Positions 25,929-35,307 of a stretch of 64,000 bases of DNA are shown here, piece by piece. This DNA is from a virus. The stretch is from positions 1-64,000 of the IMG/VR virus record IMGVR_UViG_3300050821_008386; one strand, 5' to 3'. Both the position numbers and the translations under genes were made by a program. The notes under the pieces are model-generated. The model worked only from the letters and a program-made list of their open reading frames with translations. It was not told where the DNA came from and ran no database searches. How positions within the stretch are numbered: the first letter of the stretch is position 1; every line of letters starts with the position of its first letter.

Positions 25929-26018
25929 ATGGCTAAAGCAATGAAGAAGAAAATGGAAGAGCGCAAAGAAGACAAGAAAGAAGAAATGAAAAAGAAGATG
26001 ATGAAGAAGAAAAAATAG
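25929..26018 (+). CDS. 29-aa Lys/Met/Glu-rich peptide MAKAMKKKMEERKEDKKEEMKKKMMKKKK
   Basis: Manual translation; GAGG upstream. Confidence 0.55.
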   Translation: MAKAMKKKMEERKEDKKEEMKKKMMKKKK

Positions 26019-26106
26019 CTTTCAGATCTTCGTCTTTAGTCCGCGCCTTCGCAGGAAGCGGTCTAGTTTAGCATTTAGTGACGACGCCGTGATTTTCTCT
26101 CGGCGT

Positions 26107-26460
26107 TCAATTTTTCCGATTCTCGATTCTTGAGGTATCGGGTAGTTCTGTTTTTCCATACGGGAGCCGGTCGATGATGTGCAACTCAAAGGCTTTTCGA
26201 AGGAGGTAGGCCGCCGAGATCCGCGGTACCCGCATCATCTCTTCGATGGCAAACGCGCCGTAGACCCGTCCCCTGTGCAACGGCCCGTGCCATTCGCGGA
26301 GCGCTTCTTTTTCAGGGATAACAAACTGAATCTCGAAACTTTTAGGGCGCCAGAACGTGATGGTGACGCGCCAGTTGGCTACGTCTCTGGATATCTGGAC
26401 ACCGCAATCGACGTCAATGGACGAAATGGGCGGATGGAAGGTTTTGTCTTTTGTGTCCAA
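26107..26460 (-). CDS. Hypothetical protein
   Basis: ORF in minus-strand operon. Confidence 0.5.
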   Translation of the reverse strand: MDTKDKTFHPPISSIDVDCGVQISRDVANWRVTITFWRPKSFEIQFVIPEKEALREWHGPLHRGRVYGAFAIEEMMRVPRISAAYLLRKAFELHIIDRLPYGKTELPDTSRIENRKN

Positions 26461-26920
26461 GTACTGTCACTCCTGAGAATTCCATGATGCAGATCTGTCC
26501 GTGTTCCGCCGGCGGATCAAAGTTGATGAAGATCGTGTTAGTGCCTTCCCTGATGTTCTCCGCAGTCCAGACATCGATTACCTGAACTTTATCACCCGTT
26601 ATCGAATGTTCATTTCTTCCATGTTGCGCGTACCTGTTCCCATTCGAATCGTAAACAAGCAACTTGCCAGACGCAGGTCCAATCGGATAACCCCACTCAA
26701 CAATCACCGTGTTGATGCCTCCTGCTGCCTGCGGCGATTCCAGAGGTAAAGCGTGCGAGACTTCGCGAGTGGCTATTGAGGCGTCATAAGACTGCCTTAA
26801 CGCAGGACAAGGATCTTCGACAATTGTGCGTACCGGCGGCGCAAACCCTTTAGCCTGGCGCACCAGTTCAGCGAAAAATGGGATCGATAACGCCACCTTG
26901 AGGAACCAACGTCTATTCAT
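26414..26920 (-). CDS. Protein with twin-arginine (Tat) signal and beta-sandwich domain
   Basis: MNRRWFLK fits the RRxFLK consensus. Confidence 0.65.
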   Translation of the reverse strand: MNRRWFLKVALSIPFFAELVRQAKGFAPPVRTIVEDPCPALRQSYDASIATREVSHALPLESPQAAGGINTVIVEWGYPIGPASGKLLVYDSNGNRYAQHGRNEHSITGDKVQVIDVWTAENIREGTNTIFINFDPPAEHGQICIMEFSGVTVLGHKRQNLPSAHFVH

Positions 26921-27275
26921 AGATTATTTCGATCTCAGTCCGTTCCTGCTTTTTGGACCGGACTTTAACCTGCTCCGTTTTGAGGATGATTTTCCATGGT
27001 TCATCGCCATGTATGAGTCCAGCGTGGCGAACCCCGTCGAGCAGGTCTTTGACACTTCCGGCGAAATTATCTGGATCAAGCGGTCGGACGCGGTAGCCAG
27101 TAAAGCGGATCTCAACGCGCGAAACGCTTCCTTTTTCTCCCGCATCTGCTGCGTCCAGTGCTGCCTTTTTGTGACGTTCAGGCTTGGGGTCCGGTACCAG
27201 ACGGTGAGTTTTATCTTCATTGACTGTCAGTTGCGGATGCCTAAGAAGAATCTGTTCTAGCTCGGATTTGGTCAC
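26913..27275 (-). CDS. RusA-like Holliday junction resolvase, catalytic half
   Basis: RPLDPDNF..KDLLDGV..GLIHGD..RTEIEI. Confidence 0.78.
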   Translation of the reverse strand: MTKSELEQILLRHPQLTVNEDKTHRLVPDPKPERHKKAALDAADAGEKGSVSRVEIRFTGYRVRPLDPDNFAGSVKDLLDGVRHAGLIHGDEPWKIILKTEQVKVRSKKQERTEIEIIYE

Positions 27276-27449
27276 CTCATTTAGTTGTTCCCGGCCGTCA
27301 CCGCGTCGTCGATATCTTTCTCGGTCACGATCGCGCGCATGAGCTTAAAAGCGTCATCTTCAGGGACGTTAGTCACCAATGCAGGTGTCGTTTCCCGGTA
27401 CATCTCCGCGACGCACATGATGAAGGCCGTGTTGGCTGGCAGCATGTCT

Positions 27450-27803
27450 TCAATCTGCCGCCGGATGTTTGCTAGGTTTAAGGGTATGCTTGTTTTTGCC
27501 ATTGGTTTCGAGGTTTCCCCAACGTTTGTTTGCTGCTCGTTTTCCAGTATGACTGTTCAGGCGCCGGGGATTCATTGCGCTCATTGAACGAGCTCCTTCA
27601 CAGATTAAAACATCGTGCGCCAGTCGGTCAGATAAAAATTCCAGCGGAATTTCTTCATGACACTTCCGGCATTTAACGTCCAGGAGCGCGAGCAAACTGA
27701 TCCGGTATTTCAAAAGGCCGGGATCTTCCGCAGCCAGTTTAACCATCGGCAATCGCCGGATATTGATCGGCAAGACCGCAGAACAATGTGGGCACTTAAT
27801 CAT
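27450..27803 (-). CDS. Zinc-ribbon protein
   Basis: CPHC, CRKC. Confidence 0.6.
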   Translation of the reverse strand: MIKCPHCSAVLPINIRRLPMVKLAAEDPGLLKYRISLLALLDVKCRKCHEEIPLEFLSDRLAHDVLICEGARSMSAMNPRRLNSHTGKRAANKRWGNLETNGKNKHTLKPSKHPAAD

Positions 27804-28726
27804 TTAGGCGGTAAAGGGCGGATCTGAATCTGGAACCCGTCATGGTTAACGATTACGCTTGAACCCTCTTTGATCGCGTACAAGACGATCGGATCGAGGA
27901 ATTTGGGGTCTTTACACTTGGACTGAAACCGGCGCGCCGCAGTGAAATTAATCTTATCCTGAAGACGGAACAGCATCCGGCCTACCGGAACGAAATCTTC
28001 GTCCGGCATCCGGCCCCACATCCCCAGGTCCTCATCAATAATATTGATAAACCCGTCTCTGATAGCTTTCGAGGCTTGTTCAGGGAAAATGTTCTGTTCA
28101 GAGAACCGATCGATCCGCTCAAGAGCTTTGGCCGCGTCCGGTTGATACCTTTTCTGGATCGGCGCTTCCGCGAATACCACGTCATCCATCTCGTCGATAG
28201 GTTCGCTCGCGATGTTTTGAGGGGAATCACCGTTTCGCACGCCTTTATCGAGGAATACCCGCAAGAACTCTTCTGTCGGTGCCACTGCGCATTTCTGGGC
28301 GTGTTCGACCGCCTGAAAATAGAGCGGGGCCTGACGCGCGTGCGGCAACCGGGTAATCGCTCGCATCTGAAAAGCGTTCTCTGGGAGGGGTAAAGCGAGA
28401 TTCTTCTCTTCCCTGTACTTCTGGAGAAGTTGATAACTGATCGATTGATCAATGCGCCGGTTAGCTTCTTTGGAAAAGAAAATGAACCGATAAGATTTAG
28501 CGCCAGTCGAATCGACTAGCGGCGTATCGACGTATTCAGCGAAACTTTTAAACCCGATATCCCGATAGAGTTCGCCATCTTTAATGGCAGCCAGAACCAG
28601 TCCGGTATCGATCCGCGCCATCCACGCGTCCTGATCAGCTTTATTGATTCGGTCTTCGTAAAGTTTGAGTGTACTGGCTTTTTTACTGCCCGGTAACGCC
28701 ACCTCCCGTGTCGTGAGTGTCTTCAT
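27800..28726 (-). CDS. Phage hypothetical protein (G..L..IKDGELYR..GF.SF.EY N-terminal family)
   Basis: Long ORF downstream of operator-like site 28757. Confidence 0.7.
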   Translation of the reverse strand: MKTLTTREVALPGSKKASTLKLYEDRINKADQDAWMARIDTGLVLAAIKDGELYRDIGFKSFAEYVDTPLVDSTGAKSYRFIFFSKEANRRIDQSISYQLLQKYREEKNLALPLPENAFQMRAITRLPHARQAPLYFQAVEHAQKCAVAPTEEFLRVFLDKGVRNGDSPQNIASEPIDEMDDVVFAEAPIQKRYQPDAAKALERIDRFSEQNIFPEQASKAIRDGFINIIDEDLGMWGRMPDEDFVPVGRMLFRLQDKINFTAARRFQSKCKDPKFLDPIVLYAIKEGSSVIVNHDGFQIQIRPLPPK

Positions 28727-28791
28727 GCTTTAGTGTAATAGAAGCCATAACCTACCGTGCAATCGCAAGCACGCGCAAGGCCACAATCATT

Positions 28792-29910
28792 TTAAGACCG
28801 ATCTTTAAGCGGTATCCGCTGGAGGAAACCGGCGTGTTGTTTGACTTCAAAGAATTCCTCAAAATAGATCGCAAACCGCCGGCGTAACGCGGCCCCTTTC
28901 AATCCCCACTTTTTGGCGGCGATATCTTCGAATTTCGGGATGGAGAACTTGGTAGCGGCATCGATATCTTCCAGCGTGAATCCGAGTTCCACAACTGCAT
29001 CGATAAACTCAGATTTGTGATGGTCGGGTAAAAGTCGCTCTTTTTTTCCGGTACTGATTTGCCATCCGGGGACGTCGCCGCCCGCTTGGACTTTCTTTTG
29101 GAACGCTTCCCATACTGCGCCCAGGATATCATAAGCCACCTCTAGTTTAGCCATCATCTCCGCGGCGGCAGGGCCGGAGGGAAGTTCTGGCAGTTGATCA
29201 CCTTTTATTCGTAAAGGCAGATCCATTGCCAGTTCACGCGCTTGCGGGCACCACGCCCGCGCAGGACAAAATTTGCACCACGGGCCCGCTCGTCGCGAGG
29301 GATCCCATGTCGCCCGGTCAACAATACCCAGAATCTCAGTTTCCGCCTCCCCCATCGATCTCTGATCGTAGATCACGATCTCGGGTTGTCTGGTAGCCAG
29401 CGGTTGACTTAAAAGAACGCCGATCTCAGGCACTTGCGGGTAACGATCGTGCAGTAACACCACTTCGCTTCGCATCTGGAGATTAGCTACCGCATCTTCT
29501 TCCGCGCTGGTCCCGGTCTTGAAATTGACGTCGAGGATGCGTTCGGGCCGTACCGATACCCGGTCAGGGCGACCGGAGAAAAACGGGACCCCTTCCCGAT
29601 TGTACCACAAACGCACCTCGACCAATTGTTCCGCTTCCAGACTCTCGCGTGCCCCAAGGAATTCGCTGGCGGCCCGTACAGCGAGCTTATCGCAATCATC
29701 CCTGATCTCTTCCGCTCTCCGGCTCAGATCGACGTCGTAGCCTTCCAGTGACGCGTGGATGCGTTCTCCAAGCGTCGCGTAAACGTTAGGGATATCGAGA
29801 CTTATCCCTTTAGCGCGAAGGCTCTCGGTCAAGATCTTTGACCCAGAGCATTCACTTAACCGCCACATTTCCGAGGACGACGGCAGTCCCCTTCTGTCGT
29901 CCATGGTCAC
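28792..29910 (-). CDS. DUF2800/Cas4-like PD-(D/E)xK exonuclease, probable RecT partner
   Basis: GERIH, GRPD, NFKTG, NLQM, CKFCP..CP. Confidence 0.82.
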   Translation of the reverse strand: MTMDDRRGLPSSSEMWRLSECSGSKILTESLRAKGISLDIPNVYATLGERIHASLEGYDVDLSRRAEEIRDDCDKLAVRAASEFLGARESLEAEQLVEVRLWYNREGVPFFSGRPDRVSVRPERILDVNFKTGTSAEEDAVANLQMRSEVVLLHDRYPQVPEIGVLLSQPLATRQPEIVIYDQRSMGEAETEILGIVDRATWDPSRRAGPWCKFCPARAWCPQARELAMDLPLRIKGDQLPELPSGPAAAEMMAKLEVAYDILGAVWEAFQKKVQAGGDVPGWQISTGKKERLLPDHHKSEFIDAVVELGFTLEDIDAATKFSIPKFEDIAAKKWGLKGAALRRRFAIYFEEFFEVKQHAGFLQRIPLKDRS

Positions 29911-31037
29911 TTCGTCTCGTTAGCCGCTTTACGAAGTTTGATCACCTCGAACTCGTAGGTGCCCCAGTTCTTGATCGCGTCTTTGACGGTGGCGTACGGC
30001 AGATCTTTGATTGATTCGATGCCTTCACCCACGTCTTTCTGGAAATCGCCCAGAATGAACAGGATCTCGGCGTCAGTGACCTTTTTGACTTCCATCAGTT
30101 TCTGGAGTTTCTCGAACGATTTAGAGAACTCTTCCCCAACCTTTTTCTGTTCTTCGACCGGATCAGGTTCAGGAGCAGAAGCAGGGGCTGATGGTTCATC
30201 AGGCGGCGTCGGCTCGGAAAAGTGCCCGTTATCATCCCCCAGATCCGGTTCATCGTTTCGGGCCTTTCGGAATTCAGCGGTTCTTTGTGGCAAACTGCGG
30301 CGGCCAGTCTCACTGATCTCGATTGTGTCGTCATCCATCAGGGTGGCGCGCTGTTCGTCAGCGGTCAGGGGCAACATCTTGGCATGACGCCGAAGCGCGG
30401 TCTTGATGCACATCTGTTCGTAATCGGTCTTCCATGGACCGAAATCAGCCGCCTTGGATCGTTTACGGATTCCCTCAATTTCCCAGATCGGCATGTAGGA
30501 CATTTCCCAATCGTTGATTGCCGCGAACTTGACGAAAGAATAAGCGCCCTTGATCTCGTCGCCCTCGACATAAGCCGGTTCATGTTCGAAATAGCGGTCG
30601 GACCCTTCCCGATAGATGAACTTGTCGTGATCATAGACAATCGCCCCTTTAACCACGGCAATTGCCGGGTTGCGCCGGACGATCGTCACCAGTCCCTTGT
30701 AATCGATGATTAACTGGACTTCCTTGATGTACTGAGGTTGCCCCGGTCGCGGGTTTTTAACCTTCTTATTAAAGGGTATCAAATGCGCATGATAACCGTC
30801 AGGCTCAAGCCCCACCTCGCTCAGTCGCATCAGCGCACTGAAAAACGATGGTTGCGTGCATTCAGCCAGATCCGGTGTCCGATTGATCGCGTTCAAAGCG
30901 ATCCGAACCATCCGGTCAGCGGTGATGTACTTGCTTTTTAGTTCCGAGATAGCGAGCTTGAAATTCTCGCTCTGCAGATTGTCTCGTAACTGCTTTTTCG
31001 GGTTGATGACTGCGGGTACTTGCGCGGGAGATTCCAT
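29907..31037 (-). CDS. recT: RecT single-strand annealing protein
   Basis: GLEPD..AHLIPF, QLIIDYKGL, GPWKTDYEQMCIKTALRR..K.LP. Confidence 0.95.
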   Translation of the reverse strand: MESPAQVPAVINPKKQLRDNLQSENFKLAISELKSKYITADRMVRIALNAINRTPDLAECTQPSFFSALMRLSEVGLEPDGYHAHLIPFNKKVKNPRPGQPQYIKEVQLIIDYKGLVTIVRRNPAIAVVKGAIVYDHDKFIYREGSDRYFEHEPAYVEGDEIKGAYSFVKFAAINDWEMSYMPIWEIEGIRKRSKAADFGPWKTDYEQMCIKTALRRHAKMLPLTADEQRATLMDDDTIEISETGRRSLPQRTAEFRKARNDEPDLGDDNGHFSEPTPPDEPSAPASAPEPDPVEEQKKVGEEFSKSFEKLQKLMEVKKVTDAEILFILGDFQKDVGEGIESIKDLPYATVKDAIKNWGTYEFEVIKLRKAANETK

Positions 31038-31074
31038 GGCAAGCAGTATGCTATCGCAAGCATCCTAAAGCAAC

Positions 31075-31326
31075 CTAATTCGATATCATTTTCTCGTCCA
31101 TCAAAGCCTTTACAAAGGTCGTACCGGATTGCAGCGCTTGGGTTGCCAGGGTGTCCATTTTTTCGATGGTAGCCGATCCTATGCCGCTGCGGGCGATCAG
31201 TTGGCCATATTGAGCCATGGCGATTGATAGCTTGATCTGGTAGACGCTCTGTCCGTAGGTGTCCATGATTTCCTGTTTGGTCATTTGTATGTCAGGCGCA
31301 CTCGAAATCCATTCTCGAACGCCCAT
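31075..31326 (-). CDS. Hypothetical protein (start possibly 31284)
   Basis: Operon context. Confidence 0.55.
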   Translation of the reverse strand: MGVREWISSAPDIQMTKQEIMDTYGQSVYQIKLSIAMAQYGQLIARSGIGSATIEKMDTLATQALQSGTTFVKALMDEKMISN

Positions 31327-31619
31327 CCAGCATTATCTGTCAGAAACCGGTGACAGGCAAAACAGGTTGGACACCACAGATCTTTCTGGAGCAAAAGATC
31401 ACCTTGCCTCCCGGCCATATGATGGACCTCGGTAGCCGCCGGCGGACTGCCTAGGGTGGGGAGATTATTTTTGGCCGCGACCGCTTTATGTGGCGCGCAC
31501 AGTTTCCCCGGCATCCACTTCCGTATCTCCCTGATGTACCGTGATTCTTGGGAGGACCGTTTCGCTGTTCGTCGGCGTATTGCCATTCTTTTCAGCTTCT
31601 TGCCGCTTTTTCTCTTCAC
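31281..31619 (-). CDS. HNH-like nuclease
   Basis: ATEVHHMAGR..CFACH. Confidence 0.7.
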   Translation of the reverse strand: MKRKSGKKLKRMAIRRRTAKRSSQESRYIREIRKWMPGKLCAPHKAVAAKNNLPTLGSPPAATEVHHMAGRQGDLLLQKDLWCPTCFACHRFLTDNAGWAFENGFRVRLTYK

Positions 31620-31983
31620 TTAAAAGGTCCGGAAAATAGTCACTGGTCAATCGCCCGACAACGCCCCAGGTGATCGTGCTGATGTTCTCGATCGATACCT
31701 GAATGATCTGACTCTGGAATTGCAGGAATTGGTTGAACGATTTCTGGACCAGATCCTGTTTAAACTCTTCAGTGCTGTCGGGAGCAATCGAGTCGCGAGT
31801 CTGTTTTTCGATGGCCTCTCGTTGCTGGCCGATAACCGAAAAAGCCGAATCGAGAACCGAAGTGATGGTTGACTCGAGGACGATCGGGATGAGTTGACGG
31901 GTGAATTCGTGAGCGAGAACGCGTTGGTCTTTTAGAGAATCAGGATTCATTGGAGTGCGAGTTGGGAAAGTTTCAGGCGCCAT
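31486..31983 (-). CDS. Hypothetical protein
   Basis: Operon context. Confidence 0.55.
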   Translation of the reverse strand: MAPETFPTRTPMNPDSLKDQRVLAHEFTRQLIPIVLESTITSVLDSAFSVIGQQREAIEKQTRDSIAPDSTEEFKQDLVQKSFNQFLQFQSQIIQVSIENISTITWGVVGRLTSDYFPDLLSEEKKRQEAEKNGNTPTNSETVLPRITVHQGDTEVDAGETVRAT

Positions 31984-32288
31984 CCGCGCGGAGCGTCATG
32001 CGACCCTTCATAAGCGTAACCGTCTCCCACTACGTCGATCCGCGGGAACCGGTGTTTATTTTTGTTTGCGGACGGAGTGACAACCACCGCGACTTCATCG
32101 GAGCTATTGGGCGAAAGATAGCCTTTATAGATGATCGTCAGGGTGTTAGCCCATTTGCCGAGATCATTTTTGCCGGTGCGCTCAAATGCTTCGCACTCGA
32201 TGATCTGGCGCCCGCGTAAATGCAGATCAAGGCCGGTCGTGTTCATGGGGAGAGTCAGGCTGGAAAACGTGTAGTTGAATCGGGTCAA
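31947..32288 (-). CDS. Hypothetical protein
   Basis: Operon context. Confidence 0.5.
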   Translation of the reverse strand: MTRFNYTFSSLTLPMNTTGLDLHLRGRQIIECEAFERTGKNDLGKWANTLTIIYKGYLSPNSSDEVAVVVTPSANKNKHRFPRIDVVGDGYAYEGSHDAPRGWRLKLSQLALQ

Positions 32289-32443
32289 TCATCTTAGCGC
32301 AACCTAGTTTTGGCGTGAATTCGGAGTGAGACGCCACACGTCGATAAAATTCTATCAACGCAGCGGGATTATCGATGCAACCGCTGCGGTCATTTATTAT
32401 GTAGTCAATTCCTCGGGGCATATGCGAACGTAAGTATCCAGTC

Positions 32444-32992
32444 ATGAGTTACGGGGAGCAAGACAAAAAGGAATTGATCATCGCCGATCAGCGGTTGAAC
32501 CAGTGGCACGAGATCTGGCAAGCCCGCGTCAGCGGCAAATCCACTTACCAGATCGCTAAAGCGTTCGGCCTGACCATCGGCAACGTGAAAAACATTCTAG
32601 CCGAATGCCGCAAAGAGTTCCGGGGCGAGACGAAGAACAATGTGGAAGAAGAGATGCATTTGGATCTGGCCAGGTGCGACGAAATGCTCTCTCAATATCA
32701 ACCGGTGGCCGCCGCCATGACCGTGATGGTTCAGCGAATGAACGCGAATGGCGATGCTTTTACCGATGACGAATGGAAATATCCGCTGGCGGCCGCCAAG
32801 ATCGTTCTGGACACCATCAAATTGCGCGGAGAAATCCTCGGGTACAAAAAGGATGGGCCCGTCGAGAAAGGTCAGGATAACGATTCAATCCTCTGGATGC
32901 GCAGAGCAACAGAAGCCAAAGTGGTAAGAACCGAACCAGTCACACCTGTCAATACTCAAGACGCACCTCTGGATCTGTCTTGGCCCGAATAG
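32444..32992 (+). CDS. Probable terminase small subunit (HTH protein)
   Basis: GKSTYQIAKAFGLT HTH followed by helical LARCDEML..LRGEILG. Confidence 0.55.
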   Translation: MSYGEQDKKELIIADQRLNQWHEIWQARVSGKSTYQIAKAFGLTIGNVKNILAECRKEFRGETKNNVEEEMHLDLARCDEMLSQYQPVAAAMTVMVQRMNANGDAFTDDEWKYPLAAAKIVLDTIKLRGEILGYKKDGPVEKGQDNDSILWMRRATEAKVVRTEPVTPVNTQDAPLDLSWPE

Positions 32993-33263
32993 CGTTCTGC
33001 GAATTTTCGTAGGTCAACCAGCGACGACCGGGCAAATGCCGTTTACCCCAGCGTTCTTTCAAGATCTCCTCGGCGGTGCCAACGGGCTCGTTCTCGGCAT
33101 CCATCTGCCGGAGGAACCGGTAAAGAGCGTCACGCTGGATCTGCCCTCGTGATTCGCCTGTCCGTTCACTGAACCTGATCAACCAAAGGTCCAGTTTAGC
33201 CGGTAGATGATAATTACGCCAGAAGGTCAGCGGTGATTTGCCTGTGCGCATAGAGCTTAACAC
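32949..33263 (-). CDS. Ribbon-helix-helix (CopG-like) DNA-binding protein
   Basis: NYHLP..L...SERTGESRGQIQRDAL..FL pattern. Confidence 0.65.
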   Translation of the reverse strand: MLSSMRTGKSPLTFWRNYHLPAKLDLWLIRFSERTGESRGQIQRDALYRFLRQMDAENEPVGTAEEILKERWGKRHLPGRRWLTYENSQNAIRAKTDPEVRLEY

Positions 33264-33274
33264 TATGCTATCGT

Positions 33275-33517
33275 TTGCAGATGTTCATGCAGCGTTTTAC
33301 GGGGACCAAAGTACGGAGCATCATCATGAGGAACGGCACGAAATACAATATCGATCCACCCAAAGATGATTACCCCTTCTGGATGATCAGTTGGCATGAT
33401 AAAGCGGCTAAAACGTACAATGCCAAGCAATTCCGTTTCCGATTGGACGAGCAAGGCAGCGATCTCGGGCGAAAAGAAGCGCAAGAGTTCTTGCAGGAAC
33501 GCCGCTTAATGCGATAG
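33275..33517 (+). CDS. Hypothetical protein
   Basis: ORF divergent from RHH gene. Confidence 0.5.
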   Translation: MQMFMQRFTGTKVRSIIMRNGTKYNIDPPKDDYPFWMISWHDKAAKTYNAKQFRFRLDEQGSDLGRKEAQEFLQERRLMR

Positions 33518-33612
33518 ATGACTGCGTAATTGTTCGGGGGAACAATAAGACCGGAAGGGTGCGGCGGTTGCTCATTTTCTTACCGCGCCCTCCGGTTACC
33601 CCTCTTTAAATT

Positions 33613-33843
33613 ATGCAGGGAGACGAAACAGCAGCCCAGATCACCGTCCGAGTGCTGAGTGACAGCAGTCTGGTTCCCGATATCGCGGACTCCAATCAGA
33701 CCACTGTCCCGTCCGATCTCAGCAATCTGTACGCCCAATTTTACGCTCAATCGACCTATCTGCCCCAAAGTACGGGAATTCCCTACAGTGTTTCACTGAT
33801 TACGGGAGGTTCACTTCCCTATGATGGACAGGGTGCTTCCTGA
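33613..33843 (+). CDS. Small protein, shared C-terminal motif family
   Basis: IADS..VPSDLSNLYAQFYAQS. Confidence 0.7.
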   Translation: MQGDETAAQITVRVLSDSSLVPDIADSNQTTVPSDLSNLYAQFYAQSTYLPQSTGIPYSVSLITGGSLPYDGQGAS

Positions 33844-33862
33844 CGTGTAAATTGCACGGTAT

Positions 33863-34060
33863 ATGGACGACAGCAGCCTGCTCAATATCGCGGCCAGCGT
33901 AATTAACGTCGATACCGACCAGATCAATAGTCTTGCTCCGGGCCAGGTGCCGGCGGTCATCGCTCCGACTGCTGCCGATACCGGGACCGCTATTCCGCCG
34001 GAAATGGCGAATCTTTACGCCACCATCGTCAACCAAATCGAGAACCAAGGCAGAATCTAA
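33863..34060 (+). CDS. Small protein, shared C-terminal motif family
   Basis: IPPEMANLYATIVNQIENQGRI. Confidence 0.7.
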   Translation: MDDSSLLNIAASVINVDTDQINSLAPGQVPAVIAPTAADTGTAIPPEMANLYATIVNQIENQGRI

Positions 34061-34063
34061 AAA

Positions 34064-34279
34064 ATGGCTGATTACACGGGTCTAACCGAAACGCTGGACG
34101 TTTTATCTTTAGGGACCACGGACGGAGTCGGGCCGTTCCCAACCGGATTTACTTATACCTCGGTGCCAACCGACGCACTGGTAGCCAATATCGCGGACGC
34201 TTCAGGACTGGTTTCACCCGACATGAAGCCGTTATTCATCCAGTTCGTTGCGCAATCGTGGTATTCGTACCGGATTTAA
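34064..34279 (+). CDS. Small protein, shared C-terminal motif family
   Basis: IADAS..VSPDMKPLFIQFVAQSWYSYRI. Confidence 0.7.
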   Translation: MADYTGLTETLDVLSLGTTDGVGPFPTGFTYTSVPTDALVANIADASGLVSPDMKPLFIQFVAQSWYSYRI

Positions 34280-34354
34280 TGCGTTCGCAAGCATAAGTCC
34301 TTGGCGTTGTAAATCTTATTGGATAAGCGGAGAAATATCCGTTAAATTTATCCA

Positions 34355-34594
34355 ATGCCGGGAAACGCTGCGAACGAAACGAAATCCAATACGCCGCTAC
34401 TCACCAATAATGTGACGGCGGCGACTGGCGGAATCTCGATATCGAACGGAAACGCCATGTTAGCGTCTCCGACCGCAGCAGAACCTACCGGCACTCTTAC
34501 TCACGGTGCCCAGAACGGGAATAAAACAGATCGCGGTCTGGCTTACGTGATTCTCCAGATACTGCAACAGTCCACCTCGCTCTATCGCGTCTAA
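34355..34594 (+). CDS. Small protein, shared C-terminal motif family
   Basis: LTHGAQNGN..LQQSTSLYRV. Confidence 0.7.
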   Translation: MPGNAANETKSNTPLLTNNVTAATGGISISNGNAMLASPTAAEPTGTLTHGAQNGNKTDRGLAYVILQILQQSTSLYRV

Positions 34595-34597
34595 ATT

Positions 34598-34969
34598 ATG
34601 GCTCTTACCGCTAATCCACTCGTAAACGCTACGTCCGATCGCGGGGATATCTCCTCGATGAAACTGTTTCAGGATCTTAACGGACCCTGCAACCCGACTC
34701 CTGGCACCACCACTTCGCAGGCGTACGCGTTTAACTATATCCCGGCCACGAGCGCAAACCTGACTGCCATCAATAACCTGCTGGCGTCCGCTGGCGTTCC
34801 GAATAACGGATATACGGCACTCGTGGTTTCGCTCGGTAACCACCAGATTTTCGCTACCAAAGCGACTGGACTGCCCAGTGCAACCCTACCGTCGGGGACC
34901 ACTCCGTTTGTCTCGATCTACTTCGATGGCAACGAATTGATGTCGAGCGGCAACCTTACTTTCCCGTAA
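34598..34969 (+). CDS. Probable small structural protein
   Basis: Thr/Ala/Asn-rich composition; operon context. Confidence 0.65.
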   Translation: MALTANPLVNATSDRGDISSMKLFQDLNGPCNPTPGTTTSQAYAFNYIPATSANLTAINNLLASAGVPNNGYTALVVSLGNHQIFATKATGLPSATLPSGTTPFVSIYFDGNELMSSGNLTFP

Positions 34970-34971
34970 GG

Positions 34972-35217
34972 CTAAAGCTGCGGCGGAATGGGCCGAACTT
35001 TGGAGAACTTCTTGAAGTTCGGCTTGATATGATTGGCGTTAAATTGCCCCTTAGATGGGGCATTCAATAATCCTTGGTAAACGCTTTCAGGCACACCATC
35101 GAACACGTACTTGAAGGTGCCGCCCTTATACTGGACGTGCAACTGCTGAGTTTTAGGATCGTACCCGGCGGAATGAACTGTGCTCGATTTCGGGAACGGT
35201 ATCATCTTAGGATCCAT
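34972..35217 (-). CDS. KTSC domain protein
   Basis: SSTVHSAGYD..L.VQY..Y.F.GVP..Y..LLNAPSKG.F...IK. Confidence 0.92.
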   Translation of the reverse strand: MDPKMIPFPKSSTVHSAGYDPKTQQLHVQYKGGTFKYVFDGVPESVYQGLLNAPSKGQFNANHIKPNFKKFSKVRPIPPQL

Positions 35218-35307
35218 ATCGTTAAGCCTCTCTGACCAGATCGTGGTCGATAGTATGCCGCTTTGGGGTATCGCACTCGCGGCGGTCGTTTTGATGTTCG
35301 TCAGACG

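Noticed and set aside
28792-29910. Cas4 of a CRISPR system
   Set aside because: Coupled to recT with no array or other cas genes; better read as the recombination exonuclease
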